Shown here in pieces: positions 38,086 through 51,853 of a stretch of 64,000 nt of DNA. A program made the position numbers and the translations under genes. The DNA comes from Lingula anatina. Lineage: Eukaryota > Animalia > Brachiopoda. Position 1 is the stretch's first letter. Each line of letters starts with the position of its first letter. The notes beneath the pieces were generated by a model that saw only the letters and a list, made by a program, of their open reading frames with translations, had not been told where the DNA came from and did no database searches. The DNA lies in NCBI GenBank assembly GCA_051362555.1, contig CM120648.1:1651721-1715720 (forward strand), given 5' to 3'.

Positions 38086-39810
38086 ACTGCCCACGACAAT
38101 ACACACTTTTCTTTGACAATAGACTAAATATATAACGAACTTTATGGTATACTGGGCCCACCGTTACTAGGGCCTTCTTCCATTTATGAAAAACCAACTC
38201 AAATCAAATATGTATTGTTCTTAAACATTAGTCAAGTATTAATAAATATAAAACAGGCGCAAAACTTTATTTAATTGGATTTTTACCGATTTATCCTAGA
38301 CTAAAATCTTCGTCTTAAAGCTTTTGACAATGTCCTGTTGTGAAATGGGCTCCTCAGCGGAGGCGTGTTTGTTATAACGTGCTTCCGTTACAAGAAATGT
38401 GTCCGTTACAAAGTTTATCTGTGACGGGACGCATCCGTTCCAAGATGTACTGATATCTTTGGTGTCCAAAATACCCCAAAATGTTACCACATTCACTTAT
38501 TCAGTCCAAATATATAGCACCGTGAAGCAGGTGAGAAGTGTGTCCCACAGACTACGTACACAGCTTTTAAACCAGATTTTAAGCACATTGTTGAAGTGGT
38601 CAAATTACATTTGTAAACTTTTATTTTTGCCTTAGTGTTGAAGCAGCTTTACATATTTTCTTATCCACCAGTATGTGCAAAGACCTTGAAAACCGTAAAA
38701 CTAATTTTGTTTGTTTTGATGGGATAATTTAAAGAGAAACACAAAAGTAGGGTCAAATAAAATGACACGGATTATTTGCAAATTGGGAAGTTTCTCTTCT
38801 CTCGTTATAATGGCAGATTACTGTAATTGATTGCTGTAATTTTAGGCGAAGAATGAGAGATATCTGTTTTTTCACAAAGTGATTAACATTTGGAAACGGA
38901 TGGTATGTGCACGCTTGCATTTTCAGATCCTTGAATGTTTCCCCGTAAAAATGCAACGCGTCTTGTTTGAATGTGTTTCTCATGCAGGCAATTATTCATA
39001 TTTTTTTTCGCATTTTCTGGTTTTTGGAAAACCGAAATAAAATGACTGAAATGTCAAAAGATGCTTAATTTTACGTATCCTTCATCAAACAAAATTTGAA
39101 TTGACTTGTAAGTAATTGCAATATGCACATTTAAACACTAGAAATGTATGGGTATATCCAGAAATAAATATTATATGGAAAGTAGTTTAAGATTTCCTTT
39201 GTCTTAAACCGTCCCTGTCTCGATTATACGGGAACACGTTTTATGTATTCAATACTGTAAAAACGCCGCTCAAAAATTCTTTCAATCTGTCTTTCTCTCT
39301 ATCTTTCAAAAACTGTCGGATCTCTCCCCCTCCTCTGCAAAATACGGATCAAATGCGTTAATAAATACAGAGGTAAATGAATAAGTAAACAGGAACCTAT
39401 GACTTAACGAAATGCTGCATAGCATTGTGTGCACACTGTGTAGAGATGCCAAAAATGAACCGTATTCTTTAAGTGCCGGACTTCGCGTTTCCGTGCAGAT
39501 TCTGCTTTTTCTGTTTCCGGTTTGTGTCACATTGTAAATGATGACTGTCGACCGACATAAACAAAGCTTTACAAACGTCTGTTGTGATCAGCGTCAAATG
39601 AACTGCTGGTTTATGATGTTTACGTCCACTGAAAAATAGATGATGGCATTTGCACCTTTCTCTGTGCGTCCATTTAGTTTTCCTGGAAATGCTTCTGCTT
39701 GCCTTTTATGTAAATGGAAGCATAATTGCCTTTCCTCGGAACGCTTCTGGGGATAAGAACTATTGTACAAGTACATGAATTCGAATTTGATATCTTCCAA
39801 TGACCTTAGT

Positions 39811-39851
<41 letters not shown>

Positions 39852-40769
39852 GCAGATGCGTCATTTGTACATGTGGCAGGATGACGGGTGTTAAAACAGG
39901 TAAAAAGTAAAGCAGAGCTTACAAAAAAACTAAAAAAAAAAATCAAGTACAGTTCATTTATAAAATAAACAAATAGACGACACACGTACTCTAGCCATTT
40001 AAATGCTAAAACTGGAAATTTTATTGACTTTACAATCTCCAGAACTTGAACTGACAAATGCATTCGTAAAAACCGTCGATCTATAAAAACTGATCTAAAT
40101 GGAATTATTAACGTGGTCGGCATCTATCAACGTTAGATGGTTCTTTTCATCAAAGCGTTATCACATGTTGCTTCGGGTTGCGATCATTTTAATACGATAA
40201 GGCCATGATCATTTGTGGACGTGGCCCCAGGGGATATGGCTGTCGATCTCTTATCTCAATGATATTTATAAATTCGTTTAGCTAGCTAGTTTTAGATGGG
40301 GGAATATTACAGCTGCTCTTCTTGTCACGTGACATAAACTGCCATCCAACTTTTCACAGGCGGATTAAGCATAAGGAAGAGAGGTGGGTGGGTAGGCTTT
40401 TTATTCTTCTCCCCCCACCTCATTTTTAAATGACAGAGCTAGATGCATTTTGCAGTAATTGTTCTCTGGACCTACATTTTAGTATATGAAAACATATTCA
40501 ATCAAATTTTGTAAGACAAATCAAGCTTTTATGGAATGCTCAATATAAGATTTTATTATTATCATTATTATTGTTATTAGTTCTTGCTTCTACTCGAGAC
40601 TTTAGCATTTCCAATTTTAATTTAATTATACAAAACTAAAGGAAGGCTATCAGAACAGAACCTTTTGCAGTACACTCAAATGTCAATGGTCAGAGGTAAT
40701 ATAGTCCATTTTCTTCCATTATACGTTTTCCTGAAGTATCCCTCTTAATATCCAAATATAGAATACCTT

Positions 40770-42213
40770 TCACACTTCTTCCGCCTTGTCAGTGTCCGAC
40801 ACTGAACTTCCATCAAAAAGATTCATTTTTATATGTGACCTTGACATGCCCTTGGCATGACCTTCCGAGAGGCCGTCACATTCGTCCTTTGGAGTTTCCT
40901 TCAGATCGCCAATTGATCGGTCATTGGGATCTGTCGATAGCGTCGTTTGCCGTTTGAACGGATTTCGCGCACAGAGGCACGCACGGACCGCTTTAGAAAA
41001 GGCTCTCCGAAATTTGGACGAAAAAGTGTTATACAAAATTGGGTTGACGGCACTATTTAAGTAAAACAGCGCCCTGACGATTGACGTTAAATTAAGCCAT
41101 CCATCCACAGAGAGCTTCTTCTTGTCTAATGTGTTCCCAAACACAGCCCACAGTGAGAAGACTCTGAACGGTAATAAACAGGCAAAGAAGACAACCGTCA
41201 CGGCAATAATCACTATTATTACCTGTTTTCTCTTTTTTAGGGAGTACCTCTGTGAAGTTTCTGATCCTCCTAGTTTCTTTCGGTTTGCTTTTGCCAAGGT
41301 CCAACAGATGGGGCTGTAGATGCAGACGAGAAGACAGACGGGCAAAAAGAAGAAGAGAGACGTCGTTACTATGACGTACACGCGCTTCCAGACTGTATTG
41401 ATCGAAGTATTGCAGGTGGTTATCCGGTCGCCATTTGCGTAAAATGACGTCGTTTCCTCGGCGATGACCAAGAAAGGAGAAGTGGCTAGCGCCGAGGTCA
41501 CCCACACGCTGACCAATGATAAAATGACCTGGCGTCTGGTCCACCTGATGTGGGCGTAAAATGGTTTACATATGACGTAATAGCGTTCAATGCTGATACC
41601 AACAATAGACATGGCCGAGGCGTGTTCTACTAAGTGCTCCAAGAACGGCACGGTTTTACCTAAAATCAAATTGAAAAACGTTCTTCTAACACAAAAATAG
41701 AAAACAGAAACCACCAATTTTGCCTCTAGGTAAAATTTTATCTAGTTCATGGAAAAGGTCTACTTTTTAAGAAAAGAACCCCCTTTTGGAATTGCTGGCT
41801 ACGGGCCTGTTAGATTAAAAAAATATTCGTGTGAAACAAAACGCCTGGGCAACTAATCTACACAGCACTTTTCAAAGTTACTTCATAATATAAATGGTGT
41901 TCTGGTACTTACACATAACCTCTCCTAGCGTCCAGACTTCGTTCGCATACACCTCAATCATGGCGGCCGACATACAAACAACAAGGACCAACAGGTCAGC
42001 AACGCTGAGATTAGCAATGAATAAATCGGTAGATTTCCTCATGTGTTTGTTTTTCAGGATGACGAAGAGCACCAGAAGATTACCGGAAACACCCGAGATG
42101 AAAATGAACATAAAGGTGACAGAGATCCAGACCAATATATAAAGCGGCCATGTTCTGAGGTTTTCGGTGATGCTTTGATTATTGCGCAACGGTTCAGTGA
42201 TGTTGTATTCCAT
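40770..42213 (-). CDS. Rhodopsin-class neuropeptide GPCR, ecdysis-triggering-hormone-receptor (ETHR)-like; about 396 aa, 2 coding exons
   Basis: Exon 41913-42213 (MEYNITEP, N-glycosylation sequons, GN in TM1, NLSVADLL in TM2) joins in phase 1 to exon 40770-41659. Motifs WTLGEVMCKTVPFLEH..HAS, SIERYYVICKP, FFACLLPFRVFSLW and LFYLNSAVNPILYNTFSSKFRRAF closely follow recalled ETHR-family signatures. Confidence 0.85.
41752..41808 (-). mobile_element. Second fragment of the same dispersed repeat, inside the GPCR intron
   Basis: AAAAGGTCTACTTTTTAAGAAAAGAACCCCCTTTTGGAATTGCTGGCTACGGGCCTG is a reverse-complement match to 12575-12635. Confidence 0.6.
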
Positions 42214-45200
42214 TTCAGTTACAGATCTTGTCCGTTTTTTTTTTTTTTTTTTTTTCAAAAAGAAAAAAATTACTTTTAAAGATTACCCAAATGAATTGTT
42301 TTTATTCTTGTTTTCCCCCAATGTGAAATGCTTTACGAAATCTTCCCACCTCTTCTTTAATTTTTGGTTCAAATCTGCAACATTCGTCTTTCCGTTAGGA
42401 AGAACACATCCAGGTTTACTCCGTCCTCTCTGTTTAATTCCAGTTTCAGCTGTCATACAGAAATTTCATATTCACCGTATATCGTATTTTTATCTTCAAG
42501 TTAGTTATTTAATTCGCCCTCCGAGCTTTGCGTGCATATTTGATAATAACAGCACCTATGAATGACAGATATACAAATGATTCTGCCTTCTCCATTTCTG
42601 AAACACCCGAACGCTCTCGTTCAACTGACAATTCAACGCACAAGTGATGGAACGTTGATGGAAACCTTTGACAGCTTCCTTATCAATCTGTGAAGGCTTA
42701 AAGTTCCATTGGGAAACCGCATGGAAAAATCACTGCTTTGTTTTTATCATTTAATTATCTGGAAAACCCATTACCGCCATCTTCTAATGTAAAACTGCTG
42801 CTATAGTGACATGGTACTTGGTGACACACCAGCAGTCGTTGACTACAGCGTGTGAGCTAGTGCTCGATCTTTATATAGAGCTTGTCTTGTGACCAACAAG
42901 TTTGACCCCCATGACTTATGGGTTCAAACTATTCGCTCAACATCGAGGGATTTCCGTGTGTTTGGCGGCACATGATATGTAGTTTGTACAGTGTACGTAC
43001 CCGTTTGAATGGTACTGGTATGCTGTACTCGGTTAAAGATTTCCAATGTCATATTTTCTATCTGTGTGCTAATTTTCCGAGGCCATTCACCTCTCTCATT
43101 TCACGTCTTAAAGACTTTAAATCCCCTCAAATTAAAGAACCTGGCGCCGATGGTTCCTCCTGGAATGCATGGGAAGACAGGGCGGTCTAAACGACTGACA
43201 GTCATTCAAAACTAAGTTATTGAATTAAAAATAGAATAAAATATCTTATCCGAATGCAGGGACGGGTCTATGAATGAGTCTATTGCTTTTTTTCTCGAGG
43301 AAAGTTCATTTTGAGTACTTTTAACACCAGCAGTCCTACACATCAGGGTTTGAGCTATATCGCAACTTCATTAAAAACATTCCAAGCACTATACATGTAT
43401 AACAGGGCCGAGCATCAGCTAAATTTGATAGCGCCAGCTTTCTATTACCAACAGTCAATCACCCTGGGTTTCATAGGTTTCATAGGAGTTTCATACACTG
43501 GAAACAGCAATGAAATGCTGATCGATAAAAGAGATCAGTTTGAAATGGCCTCTTCAACTCGGGGCTTGGTAAGCAGGCATGCAGACGTTCTTATTCCGTC
43601 AATTACCATTAAAAACATACACAGACCTTTATAGAGTAAAATTCATTTTTCCTGGAAATTTTAGTTATTTCACTTTCTCAACAAGGTATAACCCACCATC
43701 GAGAAACCGTTGCCGAAGATATGATCGAAGAAAAAAAAGGTTTTGTAATTTAAATCGTGCTGTAGGGAAATTTCGGCTTGATAAAACAAATCCATCGTGC
43801 CCGTTTATAATGAAGATCTATGGTATGAAATGACAGAAATACAATAATTGAGGCACTGTGTTTTCATTATACGGATAAGAATGAAAATTATTGTGTCGTG
43901 TTGAGTTATACCGAGACGCCATTGAAGATCAACCTATTTCAGGAAAATGAAAAAAAAAAAGTATTCTATAATATTGATGATTCGTTTTACGTACAGAATT
44001 TTTTAGCGAAAGTTATCCATTTCTCAGGAATGTGTCATCCATTTTTATCATCATTTTTACAAGAGTTGACTTTTTCCGGACAGTCTCCCCCTCTTCCTCC
44101 GAGAGCACAAGGTGAAACTATAAATGATGATGATCTCTGACAGCGAATCATTATTTTTATTATTTTTCAAAAGTGAACTGAGGGCCGCCACCCCCCCCCC
44201 CCCAACCCCCACCCCAGCGTACGATTCGTAGACTATGTCTGGCTTGTTTTGCATTCCACCTTCAAATAACTTTAATATGACGCCAGTGTTGGGGTACTAG
44301 TTGATTTAGGGAGGGGGAGACACAAATAGCGTGAATCACTCTCCAAAATGAAGATGGCGCTTTTGAAAAATAAAAATATATGTATGTATTGCTTCCAAAA
44401 TAATATGTAAAGTGCTTCTCTTGCAGAATGAAAGATGTGCCATTATTTACATTTTCCTCGTGCTCGGCCCTGAAATATGTATAACTAACAGAGATTGGTC
44501 AATGGATGCCATTAATTTAAGATTGGTGATCTGCGGAAATCGTAATTGTAATAAATTAGATAGATATGATCAAATAAGGTATTATCTACAGTTAATCTGC
44601 TATTTTTCATAATTCATACGAGGACACCGTGAATGAAGCGTAAAATCAAAGATAGAATTTTTGCCGTGAATAATGACCCGTTTACTGATAAAGTGACCAT
44701 TTTAGAAAGGCCGAGGGAAGCGGTACAAGGTCATCCCCCCTCCTCCCCCGAATGCATTAGATCCTTTTCTTTTTAAAAGCACATTAACTTCGATCCGGGC
44801 TGTTATACGACTTCACTATTTCCTCCCTACTAACAGGCTTCAATCTTCCGTTGACGCTTCAATTTCTTTTTTCGACGGGTCAACGACATGTGGCAGTGTA
44901 CTGCCAACCATGTACCAACATCATGAAATAAATCGACTCATGGTGTTAGTGATTAATTATTCTACGTTATCACACTTTGCCATTAGCCGACTTAATTGCT
45001 GTCAGGTGCCAAGAGCGTTGGCCATGATAAGATTCTAAGAAATCCACTTAGGTTAAGCATTCTCAAGTGCCATTATTGTCTTTAGTGCATGTTGAAGAAT
45101 GCGTTAATAGCAAGTCATCACAATCAAGATGCCCAGTATATATTCCTTTATATCGATATGTTTATGCCTAAATTATTATTAGAATTAGCTGGAAGGTGCT

Positions 45201-46514
45201 TTCTTATACAATTTTTTTTTCTTTTTGTAATTTGGCATCAATGTAATTTATATTAGACGTTGCGAAATGACGTTCCTGTACATGTTGTGTTTGAACTCTA
45301 CCATTTTATCGGCAGCACACTTAGTTACCGTCTGTAAGAATATCATCAATCATAAAGGAAGCCAAAGTAGTCAACGTTATTTCTCTGGGCGCTCTGCATT
45401 TCTCATGTCTAAGATGACCAATTTTGATTACTAGATACAAGCTCCCTTCAGAGTGAAATTGGCATTAGCCGATATAGAAAAGCTTGACAACGAACAACAG
45501 TCGAAGACAGCGTCTTCCTGTTGATCAATCACTGATACTTCTCTTTAAGGCCCCACACCAGACCGTAAATCGAATAGGTGTCATAAATATTATTGTCAAA
45601 TTGATCACTTTTCTGAACTGCAGCCGTTTATTAATGCAAAAGATTGTATTTTCTCCGTCCTTTGATGGCCCTTATTTGTTCTCGTGACATTCCGATGCCG
45701 CGTTGGTCATTGCGGTGTACGTATACGGACGTGCGCATGCGTACCTGACCGGTCACATGGACACGAGAGCGAGATTTTCCCGTTGCCATAGGGTTTCGTG
45801 CCCGCTTTGAATTTCTGGAACCGTGCACGCTCCCGACTGTGCTCTGTGAACCTCCCACATTCCTAACGTGCGAGTATTTTTGTTTTAAGCAAAATAACTC
45901 CTATTAATTATATTCAAACTTAGTTTTCTTCACTTTTTTTTTTAATGCCACTTTTTTATCATTCCTTGAATCAATTGAAATTACTGTAGATTAATCTGAT
46001 CTACGACCAACTTTTCTGATAAAATCTTTCTGGGTTTCTGGTAACCAAGTTCCTTGATGATACTCAGGGCACCAGTGGTGTGCTGTCTGGTTAAGTCATT
46101 TAAGGCTCTCCAGTTGAACGGATATGTTATAGGCCACAACCTTCTGACCATTTAGTGCCGTCGCTACATACCCTTCCGTTTATTTCTTTTATCAATAATT
46201 CAGCACTCGAAACACGCCGCTTTAACAAGGTGATGTTATTACTTTATTAATACTAACATCTTGTAGCTGCAATCTCCTTAATTGCCACAAAGTAAACCCT
46301 GAGTCTCAGAGTTCCATGAACTATACTGTATGTAGAATCTATAGCCAGGTTCACACTCCTGCGCTACGAGCTCAGCTACTGGCCACTAACGGTCGGCAGC
46401 AATCGGGTCACTTCGACGGCTTTCGGCACGTAAGCAATGATATATGATCTTGCGAGGACCAATACGCATGAACCGTGTGCTTTTGGCTTAAAATGAGGAA
46501 GCGCTCGGATGCAA

Positions 46515-46553
<39 letters not shown>

Positions 46554-49229
46554 AATAATAATAATCATAAAAATTTTTAAAAAACATGTTCAAGTAACTG
46601 ACTCAATAATAAATAAATGGATAGTCGATTTAATAAACAGTTGATAAAAGAGTTATTCGACATAATGCTTACAGAATACAGGGCGAAGAATTGTCTGACA
46701 CATACACGCGCTGTGTTCATAAAATCATAAAATACACTCGCTTCCTTGTCACGAGTGAATGGAAAACATTAATTCAATACAACATTTCAATTATTATATT
46801 TCACATGCCTTTTCAAAGTTCGAGAATAGCAATCCGGTGCTTGACGAGTGTAATACCAGTGCAACGAGCCAGTCTCCCATTCCATTTTAAATGTGCTTCA
46901 TAAACGAAAAAAAATTAGCTTGGAAACAGGTTTATAAATCGTAATCTTTCCTACGGTTTTCGCCTCGGTGTACCTCGGTACGTGTTTAAGGATACGTTTT
47001 GAAATCTCAGTGAACATCATAACGTTACTACAGTGTGTATATCTAAAGGTCTAGCGCACATTCTTTATATCCAGGGTACAAACTGTGGTCTGACGTGGTA
47101 TGGTGACCTGGGTTGTCACTTGTTACCGGAGAATATTCATTTATGACGGGAAAGGAAGTTGACATCCCAAGTGCCTGCAACATGTACATGCAACCACTCA
47201 AATGCAACATGAAAGCTATACCATAGAATTTCTTTGTCTTAAAGGCACGAAAGGTACCTTGGATCTCTGGGAAGCAAATTTTTATTTTTCTGGAGATTTC
47301 AACGTGTTTTAACAACGGAAACAATACCCAAAAAACCGTTGACCAAAACAATCTTTTTAAAAGTCTCTGTGTCCGAATTTCCCAATACTTCAGAAATTCT
47401 CCTAATAGAACTAAACACTGGGGCATTTCACTCCTGACAGTGAAAGTTAGGATTTATAGGAGCGCTAGCAAGGCAGGGGTTTATAAATCTTGAATTACTG
47501 GGCGATGTTGGATACAGAATACTCAGGTGATAGGAAGGAAGGGGGTTGCCGAATTTTCGAAGAATTAGAATTATTTTGCAGTAGAATGCGAAACGCGGTT
47601 TGTATGGCATATTACCTGTATTTTTGTTTAGTATTTGAATAAAAAATGTGTGGAAAATCCTGACATTCGTTATCGACTTCAGCCCTGCTACAGTCGTGGG
47701 GACAACAACACTCGAACGATTATATCTGAATTCTTGTGAACTTTGCCACTTATGTTTTATCTGTATTGATTAATAATAGGCCTTAGAGATGCCCGGAGAA
47801 TAGTCATTCCTTTGGCCATTTTTTCATAGTGTCATATTATTTTATCAGGAGAGTCCGTACCAGTATACACTCTACTGGTATCTGGGTACACCCTTTCCCA
47901 AGCTCTCCACAGTTCGCTTAATATTGGTAGGTTAGTTGTAACTAAACTAAAATGTAAGAAGGCCCCATTTATAAGAGAGAGTCTAAACATGCACAGGTGA
48001 GAGGCTAGTAGGCCTAAGTTTTCAATCTCTCAGAGTGCACGAATGCGATAGGTGCGCCGGTCAACGCATTCAACTAGAAAATTTTGATATTTTGGAATTC
48101 TTTCCCTAAAAAAAAAAAAAAAAAAAAAAAAGCCTCCACTACAATTACTTAACCTAGTACACTATACAATACCCATTTTGTGTAAAACAAATCAAAGCAT
48201 TCATTATGATTCAGTGGGATCGACGGGTTGAAATCTTTTCTCCCAAAATACATAATTATTAAACATTAAAATATGGTTATATAAGCTGCATTTGTACCTG
48301 TAGTTAGCAGCAATGGTAAAATGGATTTGTGTTTGTACAAACTCCTGATATATAAACAGCAGGTTACTAAAAAACGTAATTTATCCACATTAGTAGGCCT
48401 ACACGCCCTACATGCACACATGTACCATTACGTCCCTCCTTTAAATGATCTTAAATGACAGCATCTAGACTGACGCGCAGCGTTGGGTAAACATCATTAA
48501 TCCCGCGAATTCCCATGCCAATACGTCACAGTCAGACACCTTAAAATAAATTTAAAAAAACTTTTCTGCATTCCCATATATGGTATGTTTACAACAAAGT
48601 TACTACAAACTGCATGCTTTCAATAACCCGGAAGTAAAGTGATATTTGATTCTTTCAATTAGATTAATAATTCTTCTTCTTCTTCAAGAGAATCCATGCC
48701 AAATAAAAAGCAATTATTAACACGAACGCACGTCAAATTCAAAGGAAAGTGTGTTAAAAAGGGTGCCAAAATAACTGAAATGTGCAAGTACAGTACTTTA
48801 TCCCTTCCAGCATCACAACTAGGTCAAAGTTGAGGTCACGCACGGGTCATGTTGGCCTAAATATTTTCCAGCCCAGGTTAAGTCTGACAGTTTGTAGATT
48901 CGACCTCACACAAATGTCATCGCGTTATTTTTAAATGAATAACAAAAGAATAGATGTTTTGTAGAAGGACGTTGTGCTTTACCCTACGTACATCTTGATC
49001 AATATGCAAACTACTTAAATTTGGCGAGCCTCTCTCGCATCGTTAGCATTCCAAAGTCACCCTATCACGTCGTTTCCTGCGTTACGATAAAGAGTTCCAC
49101 ATATTTCTTTATATATCTAAGTACAGTTTCAATAACTAACACACACAAAAATGTTTTGAAACGTATTTTATTGTTTTTAGCATAATTTTCATCTACAGGT
49201 TCTACAAAATGTTTAGATTAAAAAACATA

Positions 49230-49361
49230 TGACTGAAAACGAATTCCGGAAGTTGCGTAGAAATATTCAGCATCCTCAGTGTTTGGTTGGAGTTAAGCTT
49301 CGTCTGTAGGCTCAAGTTTCAGAGGATCGGATCTAAAAACTCCTCGGACGTGTAATCTTAG
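49230..49361 (+). promoter_or_regulatory. Probable promoter and non-coding first exon of the LPP-like gene
   Basis: ETS-type CCGGAAGT near 49246, a strong donor AG|GTAAGG at 49361/49362, and an acceptor T-tract-TAG at 50421-50423 just upstream of the ATG at 50447. Confidence 0.45.
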
Positions 49362-50446
49362 GTAAGGATCAGCACTTCCATTTGCTCGCTTACTACTTAT
49401 CGTACATTTATGCAGAAAACTGTATCGTATGCTTAAACGACAGCTTAATTGTAAGTAAAACTTCTGAGAGAGTTAAACTTCGGCAGCCGGCTGTTTTTTT
49501 GTTGATATGTCAAATGACAAAAGTCAGTGTCACCATGAAGTAGCTATTCTAGTCACACTCTCTTTGTTTGAGGTAAACCATTAAAAGCTGTTCAGGTTAT
49601 TCACAGAATATTAAAATGGTTACTAGTTGTGTTTTTATTTCTTTTCGTAGATCAACAGTATCACTATATATTTCATTAGATATCGTTCATCATAAATAAC
49701 AATATTTGCTAGATATTTTTAATACAGGTACTAAAATTGAGAATAGGGTGTTGGCTGATTTCTCGTTATATACATACATTTAGTATTTTCAGTCCACCCT
49801 GTCTGCTTTTTAACCCTATCCCTAGTGAAATCCAACATAACATCATTTAAACAGGAAAGGGGGACCCAGTGTTGTTGAAATGGTGGCGGTGGTGGTGTGT
49901 GTGTGTGTGTGTGCGTGTGTGCAGAATACAAGCTAAATTCATGTACAACACTGTAATCATACACATTACTAGTACTAGTAGGCAACTGTGTCTTTGTGGC
50001 TGTATCCAGCGATATCGAGCAGCAAATAGTTCTCTTTATTCCAAAATTTTAATGTACTTTGTCTTTGACCTAATCAGGTCAGAAGTAGTCAAAATAAATA
50101 AAATATCATGCCTGTTTTATAATCAATAAGACATGTTAATTAGCTAATATTACTATTGAGTGCTATAATTCTGATTGAATACTCCACAGGGAGGTTGAGC
50201 ATCAATGCCCAGTCTGTACCAAAAATGACTAAGAGCCAAAGTAAACTGTGCTAAAACCATGTGTTGTGCAGTGTACTAGTATAAGAACTGAACTTATTTT
50301 TACTTTTCCTTTATTTATTTATTTATTTATTTTTTTTTTTTTTGTGAAATAAGACCTTGGTCTGTCTGTGAGATTAATATTGTAACTTGACCTACATTTA
50401 TCTTGGAACTCTTTTTTTTTTAGGATTTTAAAAGAAGCAACTCACC

Positions 50447-51813
50447 ATGACAACCCAGGCACGGCTGATGCGGGAGCTAGGGGTGCCTGACCAAGGGGGC
50501 GGAAAGAAGCCAGGGCCCGCTGTGGCACCAAAGCCCAAGTTTCGAAGTCCTCAAATGTCTCCACAGCCTCAGGAATACAGGGCACAGCAGTTTCGAACCG
50601 GTACTTGTATGAGGGGTGAGAGAGAAAGATTGTGATTGGTTGCCCTTTGTTTTCTGTGAGAAGAGGTATATGAGAGAGAAAGAGAGAGAGAGAGAAGAAA
50701 CCCTGATGCAGATATTGAATAATAACTGAATTTGTTCAGTTTGCCCCCCCCCCCAAAAAAAAAAGTAAAGAAAAAGTCGATTTGAAACTAGAGCTGTGCT
50801 CTCTCTAAATATGGTGTTTGTGTGTGTGAATATGTGTATTTTCATGTGTTTTGAGGTTTCTACAAGCACAGGATAGTGTGTGTACAAATGTGTGCACATG
50901 CTGAGTTACGTGTGAACATGCATGTGTGTACTGGCACTTGTGTGTGCACATACCTCTAATGGTCGTATCGCCTGAAGGCTGCTTTAAAAGAGGTCTTTTA
51001 CCATGGGCGTGTGTTTGTATGCTATAGTGTGTGCCACCTGTCTGGGGCTGTGTCTCCACTGTTTATATAAATAACAGTAACATCTGAGGCGTGCTTTGTA
51101 TGCCAAGTTGACTAAGGTCAGGATTCAGTTTATGCCTGTTTTCACTCCTTGACAAAAGCTAGTTTGACAATAGCTGAAACTGTTTATCTCCTGTGTACAT
51201 GGTGCGGTGGATACAAAAGCCGCGGGATTGTCTCAGTTATTTGAGTAACTCTCACATCAACCACCACAGCAGATGAATGCTGAACGGATCTTTGATTGGA
51301 TTTGCTTTATAAGAAATATTGCCATGTTTTAGGGTGGTGGTGGTGTTTTTTTTAATAGTTAAATATGAGTGCACAAGAGTGTCATGCCATCAGTTTATAT
51401 GCTCATTTCACATTTTGATTGTCATACTGCAGCTTTTTTACCAAAGTTTACCAAACCAATGATAAGATTTTAATTAAAATTTTGATTTTTTTTTTCTAGT
51501 TTAAAACCAAAATGAAAAACTTACATTTAATGCAGAAATTTTTGTATGTCACTTCAGGCTTTCTTAGAGTTGAATTCAAGCATCTAACAAAGATCTCACA
51601 GTAAAGACCGATTCGGAGCCAGTTCATTTATGGAAGCCTGTGAACTGGTTCAAAAACTATTTTACGTGTTCACCTAACTAGCATGTCACATCTCAGTGTT
51701 GGTGACTCAGCTTGTGGTTGACCAAGTTCATCTGTCTCTGTGCCGGGTGATGCAGATGTAGTACTAGTAATGCATAAGTACGGTTATTGGTAGCAAATTT
51801 CAAACACCCTCTT

Positions 51814-51853
<40 letters not shown>

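Noticed and set aside
41878-42258. GPCR start at MKKKKKKK (42258)
   Set aside because: This is a TTG start reading through a poly-A tract. The ATG at 42213, followed by N-glycosylation sequons, is the plausible start.
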